From positions 2,238,070-2,302,069 of the forward strand of contig MU004236.1 in assembly GCA_010405405.1 (NCBI GenBank): a DNA stretch of 64,000 bases, written 5' to 3'. Position numbers and translations under genes: made by a program. This DNA is from Microthyrium microscopicum (lineage: Eukaryota). Numbering within the stretch: the first letter of the stretch is position 1; every line of letters starts with the position of its first letter. Shown here piece after piece: positions 26,420 to 39,013 of this stretch. The notes beneath the pieces are model-generated. The model was not told the DNA's origin. It worked only from the letters and a program-made list of their open reading frames with translations, and did no database searches.

Positions 26420-27330
26420 TCCACTTTTGCGCAAGAGACCCAGACTTAGTGCAGCTTGCCTATAAGGCTGAACCTTGGTACTCAATAGGAACCAAGCCTT
26501 TCAAATTGACTGATAGTAAGATCCACCTTCATCCCGAATACATTATCCAACAAGTCACTTGTGTATGCCTTTCTCATACATCCTCAGCCTCTATAAACGT
26601 TGTCTCAGAATACGCAAGGAACAAAATATTCTGCATCCGTAACAACCGAATCCTTCCACTTGAATCCCAAGAACCACACTCATAATGAAGTGGGGGAATG
26701 AAAACTCAATCGCACTCGGAGCCCTATAATACCCGGTAGAAGTATCTAAACCCATGTATAGATATGTGAGATATGCACCAATGAGTCGATCGAGAGTGGC
26801 TAATCTTGACATGTTTGACATGGGCTTGGCCAATTAACATGTTTCTCGTATTTGATACCTAGCCTTGCTCTCGCATCATCTTCATGATTTGCATAACGTA
26901 CAGCAATACACAGAAGACCAGTTGATTTTTCTTAGGATCTCTTGCGATTGAACTTTGACTAAGTTAGCTGAATTAGGCGACCGTTTCATCGGACATAACT
27001 TATGAGTATGGCTATTATTACTGAAAGGTACCGTGCGGAACATTCCCATCCTGATAGTCGTCCGACATTCGATACATTATGGTCGGGAGTCAGCTAACGA
27101 AAATATCCACTTACAAGGATAATATTCTCAAGGCTCAAGAGTCAGAAAGGATCCATTCTCTGAACACACTGAGCCTACATATCTTCCTTAAATTTTTGAA
27201 GTGGTCAGTCAGCTCAGAGGAATTGAGATGTATTTCTCACTGCTTCCAAATCATGGCCAAATATCGAAAAGCTGAGGCATCAATGAAGCTGAAGATGAAC
27301 ACTTCTTTTAGTGTACCAGGCAGTTTTTAA
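26420..27330 (-). pseudogene. Possible decayed F-box/Cys-rich gene
   Basis: Minus strand near 27326-27237 reads KLPGTLKEVFIFSFIDASAFRYLAMIWKQ* (F-box-like), then CIECR...KLCP and GFGCYGCR in other frames, with multiple stops and frameshifts. Confidence 0.3.
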
Positions 27331-27939
27331 TCCGATGGGTATGGGATTTCTGAAGCGTGGAATTCTCTTTTATACATGTGCTGAGCAAGTAGCGACAAGA
27401 TCCATAGACAGTGCTTCGGTTTGTGATTTATTTGAGTCGTGAACTATCCGTTGCTCAAATTCCAGAATCTTACCCTTAGAGAGGGAGAAGTCATGTTTGA
27501 AAAACAGCACTCGCGAAGTGTCTCATCGAGTCATCACGCGCTGCATGACAAAGCATTAAAATGCAGTGCATCAAATGAATATAACGGTTGAAAGAAGGCA
27601 GCAAGCATAACGAGTCCTTGTCGTAGTTCTAAAGAACCAATTAATTGCAAGATTTGGATTCATCTTTTGAACTAGTAGATACTTGCTGAGTATCATTTTT
27701 TTGAGAGTTGAAGGAAAGTCTACCTAGACGTCAAGGCTTTGAAGATGCAAGCTGCAGGCCAAAATTTGGTGTTGCACTTTCAGCCAATTAAATCGAGGGG
27801 TACCACTTATGTCATCATTTGTCATACACCATTGAAGCCCACACCAACTCCACGAAAACTCCAACACCATCAATTCGTCTCCAGTCCACCATATCCCCTC
27901 TTCCACCACACAACATCTCGTCACCAGACAAACTGAGAG

Positions 27940-28887
27940 ATGTCTTCCTTCGAACCGGTCGTACGTTTTGCCTCCTTTTTAAACAACGACACCTTCAGCA
28001 CAACCTGCTCAGATTGCTAACTATCGCTTGGATATAGGTCATCGTTGACGGCAAGGGCCATCTCCTCGGTCGTCTCGCCAGTATCGTCGCGAAGCAGCTC
28101 CTCAATGGACAAAAGGTCGTCGTTGTTCGGTGCGAAGCCTTGAACATCTCTGGAGAGTTCTTCCGCGCGAAGCGTACGTCTACCCCAAGCCAATGGTCGC
28201 ATCTCGCCTCCTCCGCTCCCACTATATTATAATCCACAATCTTGCGAAGGCGATTGGAAACATAGCGGACACACAATGAAGGGGCCAATGCTGACATTTT
28301 TGAACTGTAGTAAAGTACTCGGCTTTCATTCGCAAAGCTACCCGATACAACCCCACCCGTGGTGGTGAGTACTTCTCAATCCGCTGCAAGGCAAAGTCGG
28401 TCTTCATCGTACTCATTTGCTTCGCAAATAGGTCCCTTCCATTTCCGCGCACCTTCAAGAATCTTCTACCGAACTGTCCGTGGTATGATTCCTCACAAGA
28501 CTGCTCGTGGTGCCGCCGCCCTACAACGCCTCAAGGTCTTTGAGGGTATTCCACCACCATACGACAAAAAGAAGCGTGTTGTCGTTCCTCAGGCTCTCCG
28601 TGTCCTCCGTCTCCGCCCTGGTCGAAAATACTGCACTGTTGGTCGTCTTGGTCACGAATTCGGCTGGAAATACCAGGATGTGGTTGCTAGGTATGATATA
28701 TTGCTTTCAGTCATTACTGGAAAGAGAACCGTTGCTAATGATATGCAGACTCGAAGAGCGCCGTAAGGTCAAGAGCGCAGCCTATTACGAACGTAAGAAG
28801 GTTGCCCGCAAACAATTGGCGGAGGCACAGAAGAAGGTCAAGCTGGACAAGAACACTCAACAGACATTGACTGCTTCGGGTTATTAG
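27940..28887 (+). CDS. RPL16: 60S ribosomal protein uL13 (L16/L13a)
   Basis: Exons 27940-27960, 28038-28173, 28311-28364, 28432-28690, 28749-28887: [22 protein letters not shown]...[24 protein letters not shown]; canonical GT-AG introns. Confidence 0.97.
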
Positions 28888-29445
28888 AGGAATTAAAAGT
28901 CGGGGAGTTGCAGCGGTCTCTCAGATGAGCTTTCTATATCATGGGCATTCCGGTGTTATTGTAAGCGTAGTGGTCGATACAGCCATGGCTTACCGGTGAA
29001 TTCACAATTGCAAAAAATTAGCATTGAACCTACTGCTTGGTCTGGTGACTTTGATACAACCGACCTACCCACAGCTTGACAAATCACAATTGACTGTTCT
29101 TGGCCTTGCGTATTGTGCATGAACTCGGTCGGATAGAAGGAACATTTATTGAAAATCTCCAAACTATCCCAGAGACGGCTAGATCCTTGTCGCAATGGAG
29201 GAGGCGTTTAAGCTTGCATATAAACTCTCAACACCACCGACATCTGAGCTGAGTAAAGAAAGCAAGCCTAGTTACACCAAAATATTCTAGCCCCTCTAGC
29301 TTAGTAGAATTATTCTCCTTTCCTCATAAATATTTGGATCATCTCGATCAGTTCTAAGAACCAATCTTGTTTCAACCTTATTCACATTGTCCTCTCTATC
29401 CCTCTTCTTTGCCCATCGCGACTTATTTCCGACGTCATCCTAATA

Positions 29446-31428
29446 ATGTCTTCCGCCTTTGGGAGACTCTCGAAGCTTCTCAACCACTTTGCTCCCTCGT
29501 CGTCCTCGCCGACTGTATCAGATCTCTCGTACCCCTTTACAGAATGCAATCATCACCACAACTTCCACACTCTCTCGCCAACATATTTCTTACCACGTGC
29601 TGCTGCCATTGAGCCGGAAGTACGCTTCCTCACCCAAACAAGCAGTTTTGAAATCTGGGATAAACGCTTTTCGGAGATTTGAAACTAACAGGTGCATAGG
29701 GTCAAGCAATTTACCATGTTACTGCCAATAATCAAATCTTGCGACGGACGTATGGCGATTTTGCTGATCGAGCGCGCGGATTCGCGTACTACCTTGTAAA
29801 GCATGGTTATAAAAGAGTTGGCATTTTAGCACCGAATACACCTGCATTTCTGGAAGCGCTGTTTGGCATTGGTGCGGCGGGCTCTGTAAATATAGGTATG
29901 ATCAGATGTGGATCCAAGTCACAGCGTCTAATTTGTTACGGCAGCTATCAACTATCGTTTGAAACCGGAGGACATATCATACATCTTCCAGCATTCAGAA
30001 GCGGACGCTATATTAGTGGATGCCGAGTTCGTACATTTACTGGATGGATTCCGTAAAGAAAAGCCAAATGTGCATATCATTATAGACACAGACACAGACG
30101 CAACAGATGCACAGGCTGGAGACTTTGATCGCGCAGTGATAGAAGGCTTGAAACACGATCAGCAGATGGGCAACGAAGGCTGGGATGGGCTGAAAGTGCA
30201 AGCGGAGGATGAGGACGGAACTATCTCGCTGGCTTACACCAGTGGTACCACGGCAAAGCCAAAAGGAGTGGAATACACTCACAGAGGAGCCTACCTTGCA
30301 GCGCTTGCGAACGTGATCGAGTCAGGCTTGAATATAGAAGCGAATGGCGAGAGAGCTAAGTATTTATGGACATTACCAATGTTCCACGTATGTATCATGA
30401 TTGATCTCTCGCTTCTCTGCTAACTGAATCTAGGCAAATGGTTGGACATTTCCTTGGAGTATTACTAGCGTTCGGGGCATCCATTACTGCCTTCGCAAAA
30501 TCGACTATCCCGAAATCTGGCGCCTCCTAAAGACCGAAGGCATCACTCATTTCAACGGCGCACCAACAGTCAACACCCTTCTTTGCGCAGATAAGAATGC
30601 CGAGAAACTTTCGAAACCTGTACGCGTGACTGTTGCAGCATCACCTCCAACCGCCCACCTATTCCGGACCATGATGGGCTTCAACCTACACCCAGTGCAC
30701 GTCTACGGTTTGACAGAGACGTATGGCCCCATCACTAAATGTTATTTCAAAGGGTCATGGCTCGAGATTGACGACGATGAAAAGTTTGAGCGCATGGCCA
30801 GACAGGGTCACGGATTTATTACTTCTCAAGCCGTTCGCGTAATCAAGACTGATCTTCCGGAAGGAGAATTGATGGACGTGCAAAAAGATGGCAAGGAGAT
30901 TGGCGAGATTGTGTTTACGGGTAATATATGTGCTCGCGGATACTACCGCGATCCTGAAGCAACGAGGAAGCTTTGGGCTGGAGGCGTCAATCATTCTGGC
31001 GATCTAGCGGTGTGGTATCCCAGTGGAGAGATCAAGATATTGGATCGAGCGAAGGATATAATCATCAGCGGCAAGCACTTCAATTCGTTACAAGTTTATC
31101 TGACTAACTTGCATTAGGTGGTGAGAACATATCGTCTGTGGCGCTCGAGTCCATGCTGGCGACGCACCCGGACGTTCTTGAGGTCGCAGTAGTTGCCATC
31201 CAGGATGAAAAATGGGGCGAATGTCCAAAAGCGTTCATCACCGTCAAAGACAGCAAGCAACTTTCGGGCGCCGATGTGATTGAGTGGGCCAAGCATAGGA
31301 GCACTATTTCGAGATACATGGTGCCTAAGGAAGTGGAGATTGTCGATGAGTTGCCAAAGACAAGCACAGGCAAACTAAGAAAGAATGTGTTGAGAGAATG
31401 GGCTAAAGGTGGCAAGCGAGACCAGTGA
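29446..31428 (+). CDS. Acyl-CoA synthetase / AMP-binding enzyme (ANL superfamily), predicted peroxisomal
   Basis: Five exons (~29446-29619, 29700-29896, 29945-30387, 30434-31070, 31118-31428); motifs YTSGTTAKPKG, YGLTET, HSGD, DRAKDIIISGGENI, LPKTSTGK; N-terminal RLSKLLNHF. Confidence 0.93.
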
Positions 31429-32210
31429 GATTTCTGAGAGTCATGGATAATAGCAAATGCAATGCTGTAATACGCATGTTATTTGTTGCCAACAGTCCCC
31501 AACACGACCTTGAAGGAGACTTTGCTAAATGAGACCCTTAATCTGCGTGTTGCTCTTCTCTTTCCTGATTTCTTCCTTTGCGTCGACCGATATCCATGAC
31601 TGATCTGACATAGTGAATATTCGCGCCAACGATATCTACGCGCTAAATCTGAGCCTGCTTCACATATCATAAATCTAGGAATAGACAAACTCAAGGAACC
31701 GGAGCTATCTAGGCGCCATATCTCTAGAGGCAACCACTATATGGGACTTCAAAATACAGAGTCAGAAATAGCAAGTCCAACACCCAGCGACACCCCCTTA
31801 TAGCAGTCCCACGTCTAATCAAGGTCTCATATAGCAGCACCCGGCGGCCGTTCTCGTCGCTATATCCATAATTCAGAGACGTGAGCTCATGCTGCCAAAA
31901 ACAACCGTTTCTTGCCTCAGTTTTTGAGTCTCAAGAATTCTCACTCAAGGATTGGTAACTTGCATATGACAAGTGACCAGACTACTCTCTTTTGGCCTTC
32001 GAGTGTATTTAGGGATTTGAGTCCGCATTCTGACAACTTCTTCATCATCGTTTCGTGGGATACTTATCTTAAAAGACTCTCTCTTCTAAGGCACGAATCT
32101 TCTTGATATCAAGAATAGACGTTATCTCAAGCTAAAAGCTCGAAGCTAGAGTCAGCACGATCGTAAATCTCGCCCTACTACGACACGCTTAGTGAGCTAA
32201 TCTACGCCAG

Positions 32211-32792
32211 ATGTCAAGCGACATCGACGATCATTCTATCAACTCTTGGGTTCTTGGCCCAAAGTGTCTTGACCCAGACCCGACTCTCATGGACGACATT
32301 CAATACGATGCCGACGTATCCGCCAACACTTCCGACGACGACGATCACAACGGTGACAGCAAACAATTCCACCAATTCGGCGCCAGTGTGCGCAAAACCC
32401 TCGAAGCCAAACTCGACATCTGTGCGCACCAGATGAACGTTTCCAGCGACGAGATGGACTCGTGGAAGGAGAAAGTTGAACAAGAAGATGCTCGTTTTGA
32501 GCAGCTCATTGCCGAAGCGCAAGAGGTCCAAGAGATGTGCACTGAGCTCAACCGTGCCGTAGTGAAATGTGATTTGGCGGAAGCCAGTTGTCGGGTTGCG
32601 TTCGGCAGATGGAAGGAGGCGATTGAGAAATTTCAAATGTGGGAACGCTTCTATGAAACCATTTGGAGCTTGCTGCGGAAGGTTGATGGTTTGATGGCCA
32701 GTGTTGATATTGTCATGGCCGATATTGATTGCGAGTTGATGGACCTGGACGAAGAACCTGCGGCTTCGAGCACTGACAGCTGTTCTGCTTGA
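32211..32792 (+). CDS. Hypothetical acidic coiled-coil protein (193 aa)
   Basis: Intact ATG-to-stop ORF, coding-like composition, helical heptad-like middle; no recognised family. Confidence 0.6.
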   Translation: MSSDIDDHSINSWVLGPKCLDPDPTLMDDIQYDADVSANTSDDDDHNGDSKQFHQFGASVRKTLEAKLDICAHQMNVSSDEMDSWKEKVEQEDARFEQLIAEAQEVQEMCTELNRAVVKCDLAEASCRVAFGRWKEAIEKFQMWERFYETIWSLLRKVDGLMASVDIVMADIDCELMDLDEEPAASSTDSCSA

Positions 32793-33850
32793 ATGATCTT
32801 TGTCTCTCTGGGGTGTGGAAGCTGCTGTGGTGGCTTCGTGACTTCTAGAATAAAGGCAGCTCGAAGCCACTGACCTATTCTTCTGACAATGATCCGTGAC
32901 TCTTGAAGCACGATACGTTAGGAAGACTCCGTTAGAATCAGAAGCCATCAGACAGTTCAATATATCCGGCTCATTGACTAATTTCTTACATTATGAATGT
33001 TGAGTACCGTGATTTTGAAAGATGTGACAAAGGCTATCATCACTTCTGGTGACCATCAAAGAACATACCTACTGCAAATAGGTCACTGAATAGAAGGGTG
33101 TACCAGACTGAAGAGATCACAACAGTTTTTGATATTTGGTAGCACGTTGGTCACATTGTCTTCATACGTCGTTCCCATGGCATTCGTAAAGACGGGAGAT
33201 AACTCAACTTTGTTGCTGCTTCAAATACATCAGATACCTTCGAGCTTCCCATAATAGTCCAGAGATCCCACAGCATGATACCATATGTGAGGATGATGTC
33301 CACCCACAATATTCAGATCAGTTGATTGGTACCTTTCACTCAATATAAAGCTACCAACGTTAGTCTCCACAAACTTCTAACATTATCCGAAGACATAGAC
33401 TCCCTTAGGCTTCATATTTCATTGTTGGTGTTTATATAACCATTCCTACCATTCCTACTGAGCTCTCCGAATCCCATCTTGCTCCCGAAATTGACCTCGC
33501 TCGTTTTTTCAAGCTCGACCCGGGAGCTATATGATCTCCCACGACCCAGCCATGTCTCTTGCTTCTTCAGTAAGTATGACTCTAGCAGCTAGTCATTTGT
33601 CCAACACTCCGGCGGTTCCCTAATTCGCGCTTTAGGCACCGACGAAAACTCACTGCAAGCATATCGGAGGAATAGGCTCCGTTTGTGCCGAAGTAGGCCA
33701 CTGTGACAAACTTTGTGCTTGTCTTAGCTACCGGAGAGCTTCACTTTACTCAATCTTTAGCCTAAAAGTCACCCCAGGAAGACTCCAGCGCGTAGAAAGG
33801 TTGGGGGCTTCACTAGAATCGTCGATCTCAGCCATACTAATGTTTGATAG

Positions 33851-34942
33851 ATGTCATTCTCCAGCTCCAGCTATCACCCGCCACCATTGAACGACTATGA
33901 ACAGCCAAATCTACCACAAGACCGGCATGACTGGGGACCGTCCACCCCACCTCAAGCACGGCGCTCACCTGTTTCTCGGTCCTTCGAAACTGGACCATCT
34001 TCTCGATATGCCGAAGCTGGGCCATCAAGGGACCCATATTACGTTGAACCTGGACCGTCAAGCCACTTTCCACATCATGACGCTGGCCCATACAACCGGC
34101 CAGACTACACTGAGGCAGGCCCGTCCAATTACATCCAGCATGCTGAAGCTGGCCCGTCTAATCGCGAAGGACATGAAAACAACAGCTCCCAGAACGATAC
34201 CTGGACAAACCCCAACCGTCCATGGGACCCTCCAACAACCAATCCAGTAGAGCATTTAGCAGAAGCCTTCCGAAGCAACGTCTGGGTCGACCCATCTTAC
34301 TACCATTCACACGACGACAACATCACCTTTGAAGAACTTGCCGAACGCGGCCCAGCGAACTTCATGATCCGCAACTTCGTCCCTTACACCGACCCCTCCC
34401 AAATTGCCGAAAATTTCGAGCAAACCTTCTACAATCTGCAAGACCACAACGCAAATGTGGCAGAATTCGTCGCCCAATACGCCGCTGAACACAACCTTCC
34501 AGTCCCAGAAGCACCAGATGGCGCGGCTGGAGTGCCAAATATGGACGGCATCGACGACATCGCGGATTGGTACCGCGAACTCCCACAGGGGCCTGCTCCC
34601 TCCCCTGCTCAGCAGTCTCCTGGTGATACTGCTCCTGTGAGAAGCCGCCGCGCTGCCCTCACCACCCAGGCAGCCACGATGAGCGCCCTGGCGCACATTG
34701 AGAATGGCGCACTACATGTTGCCGGAAACGCCAACATCATCTACAGATTGGCGGGTAACGTGCGTCGCTGGGCCCGGACTGCTCAGCTGAGCGGTTTCCG
34801 GGGGGAACCTATGCGCGCGTTCCTTCGATCTGTAGGGGTGTTGGCGGAGTTTGTGGAGGAGTTTCGGACCATGGAAAGGGGAATGGAAGATGCGGTGTTG
34901 GACCTGGGAGAGCTGGCGATCAGCCCGTTATTTGAAGAGTAA
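33851..34942 (+). CDS. Hypothetical protein (363 aa) with N-terminal E-A-G-P-S repeats and helical C-terminus
   Basis: Long intact ORF with C-ending codon bias; six ETGPS/EAGPS/EPGPS/DAGPY-type repeats. Confidence 0.75.
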   Translation: MSFSSSSYHPPPLNDYEQPNLPQDRHDWGPSTPPQARRSPVSRSFETGPSSRYAEAGPSRDPYYVEPGPSSHFPHHDAGPYNRPDYTEAGPSNYIQHAEAGPSNREGHENNSSQNDTWTNPNRPWDPPTTNPVEHLAEAFRSNVWVDPSYYHSHDDNITFEELAERGPANFMIRNFVPYTDPSQIAENFEQTFYNLQDHNANVAEFVAQYAAEHNLPVPEAPDGAAGVPNMDGIDDIADWYRELPQGPAPSPAQQSPGDTAPVRSRRAALTTQAATMSALAHIENGALHVAGNANIIYRLAGNVRRWARTAQLSGFRGEPMRAFLRSVGVLAEFVEEFRTMERGMEDAVLDLGELAISPLFEE

Positions 34943-35655
34943 GTGCAACTGATGAATGCATGTGAAACGTGAAGTGCGAAGGCGTGATGACTGGCGTGCG
35001 ACTGGTTTGTATAGTAGTTAGGTTTGTTTCCTAGGGAACCTGGAAAGTATGGAGGGGTTGGATACCCATGGATGCTCATTACTACTTTTTTTCCTTCTTC
35101 GTGAACATCATAGTCTATGCATGCAGACATCAGACTTGATGGTGGTTATCGTACTTGATGGGAGCATGAACGAAATCTAGTCCCATGATGATTGTGTTAA
35201 AAAGCTGTAGATTTATCGATAAGAGAGCAAGCGAAGGAGCTTGAGATAGTAGTTTGTGATACTGAGGCAAGATTCATCAATAATTGGCTGCATCTTGACT
35301 GATATACGAGGTTTTGTCGTGGTGGAGAGTATGATACAGCGTCTTGACTTATAAAGCTTCCCAGGTACACTGTTCCAGGCAAGATAGAACAATATCAAGA
35401 GCCGGGGGAACAATAGCAAGGTAGTTCCTCTGACAAGAACAAAGCATTATCGTTTCACCCTCGAAAGGGGATGTGAAATCTTCTTTGTTCTCGTACTCGT
35501 CCCAACTTCGCACCCTAGGGCAGTTGTCAATAATGGCGACATCGAAGTTGATACCGTCGACCGTCTCAGCTCTTCATCCCCACACTCCTATATGCAGCTG
35601 GACTGACGATCAAAAATTAGTCTCGCGGTGCACGCGACCATGAAACCGTTCTTGA

Positions 35656-36289
35656 TCAGCGTCCCATCCAAACTCCATCCCCTCTCCCAAACGAACCCAA
35701 ACCTCCCAACCTCGCCGTCACCACCGTTCCAATACCACCGGCATCCGCCCTCGGCCGCTTCGGTACCTTCCCCTGCGCCTTGACCCCCTCCACAATCCTT
35801 TCCAGATTCGTCTCGACCACCACACCACCCACTACCATCTCCGCGAGCGTCGCATGCAGCGTCTCAAAGTTGAAAATGAGATCAAACTCACACACGTCCG
35901 CAAACATGCGATCCAGCGCCTCCACAAACACCTGTATCAGATCTAGCAGCGCCAACGGACTCTCTGTGGAGGTGGATATGACGATGAAGTAGAGCGTCGC
36001 ATAGTGGCGGTATGTCACGAGAGACGGTGTGTCATTGTGTGTGGCGTTGGAATTGGAGGTAGAGGAGGGCGCGAGGATGGGTGGGAGAGGGAGAAAGTTG
36101 CAGGCTGAACGGGGGCGGTTGGAGACGAGGGTGAAGATTTCGGATATGAGGCGTTGTTGGACAGATGTATCCTATGCGCTGTTAGCGGGTGTAGTGGTGG
36201 ATATGGGGCATGGGACGGACTAATTGGGTGTAGAACTTTGTAAGGCGGAGTTGGCCTGCATTGTTGAAGACTAGAACGGCGTTGATCAT
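35656..36289 (-). CDS. APS3: AP-3 adaptor complex sigma subunit
   Basis: Exons 36289-36221 and 36171-35656: MINAVLVFNNAGQLRLTKFYTQL-DTSVQQRLISEIF...YRHYATLYF...VCEFDLIFNFE. Confidence 0.95.
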
Positions 36290-36524
36290 GGTGTGGAGAG
36301 TGATGGTAAGTTGGGAAGTTTGTATGGATGTCGGGACTTTTTGGCGATGAAGTTGGAGATTTGGCGGGGATGGATCTCGTGGAGCTTTAGGGTCTGAGCT
36401 TCTTTGATTCAATCAAGCTGTCGGTACCAAACTCCATCGTCATCATTGTCCGTTAGAATCACGAGATACTATTATCAGCTCCTCGAATACACTCACAGTC
36501 CGTCGCTTGAATACAATTGCCATC

Positions 36525-37232
36525 ATGTCGCTCCGTCCAGCTGGTAGATTGCTTCAGCGAGCTTCGAAGCTCACAGGACGCCAATCGATGCCTATCGCAA
36601 ACATACACCGCATACAACCACAAACCTTCCTCGCAGCAACAAGCCCACGAGCTTTCCATGTCTCGATAAGAGCGCGCGGGCTCATGCCAGATTCCGAAAA
36701 CCCTCCAGTCCGCGAAGCAGAGCCTCACGAGCCAGTTCCTGAAGCTCCAAGTGAGATTACGCTAGAAGAATACCACCGTGCTGCAGACGATTATCTAGAG
36801 GCACTGAGAGCGCAACTAGAGGCCAATCAGGAGAAGCAACATGATTTAGATTTCGACTTTAGTGTGAGTGTGCTTTGGAACGATAGCTGGTCGATTGCAA
36901 AGCTAGAGACTAACGATCTTGACTAGGACGGCCTCTTATCGATCGAAACGAAAAAAGGCAACTATGTCATCAACAAGCAACCACCCAACAAGCAGGTCTG
37001 GCTTTCTTCGCCTATAAGTGGACCAAAGCGATTCGATTGGGTTGTTAGTGGAGAGCAAATTCACGAGAAGGGTGGCGCTGGTACTGGAGATTGGGTATAT
37101 CTGAGAGACGGTACGAGCTTGACTACATTGCTGAAAGACGAACTGGACGTTACGGTTGAGGTGCATGAACTGGGCGAAGAAGAGATATCAGCAGGAGATG
37201 TTCATAATCGCAGCGGTGAACCAACTGCTTGA
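36525..37232 (+). CDS. YFH1: Frataxin, mitochondrial precursor
   Basis: Exons 36525-36863 and 36927-37232; Arg/Ser-rich presequence; signature [28 protein letters not shown]. Confidence 0.96.
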
Positions 37233-37564
37233 GCACAAATGGAGTGATTATGGGTCAAAGAGTTTGACATTCTGTCATGTAGGATGGTGCGAACTGTACA
37301 GCACAGATCTATAGTATCTTGAATTTAGCTTTGTACAATGTCTTTCGACATGCGTCATTTAGTTCTGTAAAGCGTCCAGTCCTTGGACTCAGCTGCCTGA
37401 TTCTCTCCATCTTATCTGCAGACGACCGCTTGGTCGCCTTTGATGCTAGTGATCGACGTGAGTGTTCTTCTTGCGCGGGTGTGGCTAATCCTTGGCCACA
37501 TGGAGTGTAGTGTATTGTCTCACTCTTCTTGAGACTTTTCTTCCTCTCGAATGTTACCCATAAT

Positions 37565-37874
37565 CTATGCAACAACGGGAACCTGTTGCGTTTCTTGTTC
37601 TTCTTTCACTTCTTGCGGTTCTTCTGCCGGCAAGTCCTCCTACAAGTCGCATTAGCTTCCATGACTTCCAGAGCTATTGCAATATAACTCATACCAGCTC
37701 GAATATAACACGTATTGTCAGGCTACAGCTGGGACATACTGCAATCTCCTCGCCATCGCGTAAATCATCAATCCCGATCTCGAAGCGATCCCCGCATGGA
37801 CAGGGATAATGGTATATTTGTAGGGTTGAGTCAAATGTCATGTCTTCGATTTCGATCTCATCGTAGACGGACAT
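37565..37874 (-). CDS. KTI11: Diphthamide biosynthesis protein 3 / Kti11 (CSL zinc finger)
   Basis: Exons 37874-37695 and 37639-37565: [12 protein letters not shown]...[11 protein letters not shown]...[12 protein letters not shown]. Confidence 0.96.
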
Positions 37875-38175
37875 GGTGGCAGAGTATAGGCTGCCCGTAG
37901 GCTCGAAAAACGGCGTGTTGAGTGTGGAGGGAAGAGGTTTGCGACGAGTGGCGATGGTGGTTGAAGATTGAGGATTTGTAGAAAAAAGGTCCGAGTCATG
38001 TGATCGGCGCTTTTGTGGTAGCATTTAGCAACCTGCTTGACTTGAGTCGACCCGAGCAAGTCAAAAAGGGGTATTGAGAAGCCTAGATTTATTTTGCCTA
38101 AAAATGGTGTGAACAGCTTCTTGAGTAATGAAGAGATCTTGCTGCTTTCAAATAACCTATTGGCTGCGGTTCTCC

Positions 38176-38625
38176 TCAAACAGGCGGCGCGGATCTGCGT
38201 TTAGGTATCTCGTTCTCTTCCAATTTATGTTGAACATATTCGACATGCTCTCTGCTCTTCTGGGTCGAGCTTGCCGCCCAGATAGAGCCGGCTGCAGTTT
38301 GGATCCAGTTACGAAGGGTGCCAAATGGTCCAGACATGACCTGCTCAGAGCCTTCTCCTTGCCAATCGAGAAAGAATGCGCCGTAACCGAGAACTGAGAG
38401 GACCATGAACCATTGGAGCATTTGTAGGTTTCGATTCCAAATAGGACGGCGCCACTTGAGTTTGGAACGGCGGCGAAATTTGCGTTCGAAGTGGAATTGC
38501 TCAATACGCGAGAGAGTGGTGAACGATGGAGGCCAGCGGGTATGTGCTGGAAAGCGGTTCTTGGAAAAGTCGAAAGGCTTGAGCGGCGGAGGCTTCTTTC
38601 TCGCAAGCCATGAAAAGATGCCCAT
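38176..38625 (-). CDS. Small fungal membrane protein (149 aa), possibly mitochondrial
   Basis: MGIFSW...WPPSFTTLSRIEQFHFERKFRRRSKLKWRRPIWN followed by one hydrophobic helix; resembles an uncharacterised ascomycete family as I recall it (not checked). Confidence 0.75.
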   Translation of the reverse strand: MGIFSWLARKKPPPLKPFDFSKNRFPAHTRWPPSFTTLSRIEQFHFERKFRRRSKLKWRRPIWNRNLQMLQWFMVLSVLGYGAFFLDWQGEGSEQVMSGPFGTLRNWIQTAAGSIWAASSTQKSREHVEYVQHKLEENEIPKRRSAPPV

Positions 38626-39013
38626 TTTGACGGGCGACAATGCAATTGACAGCTCTTGACTGAAAACACCACAGATCTGGGAGCTTGGATGTGTTGTTGA
38701 ATGAAAGAGATGCAAAAAGGCTTGGCAGACAGGGCCTCGGCCACTCCGCCACACATCAACACGGAAGCTTCATGCATCAATTTGTCCTGCACAAAAACTC
38801 CTACCTTACTAAGGTACCTGTAGTATCTGCCAGCAGCTATAGTCAGGCATCGCCATCTTTGTTACTGTGCAGCTCATGGTGACTCACTTGCCTAACATCC
38901 TCTGCTCTACAATACGTTTCTGTAGGCCGGTCCCTAATACCCCATTCAAACTTGCGTCAGGTCACGCTCTTCGCCTTTTCAATTCCAAGATACCCAAACC
39001 CACTCCACTCAAT

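Noticed and set aside
32214..32960. 248-aa minus-strand ORF
   Set aside because: Antisense shadow of 32211-32792 with a non-ATG start; the same applies to the many short ORFs overlapping MOT1, LeuRS and other genes.
35656..38625. Frataxin, KTI11 and neighbours as an iron-related gene cluster
   Set aside because: Neighbours (APS3, LeuRS) are functionally unrelated; compact housekeeping synteny is sufficient explanation.
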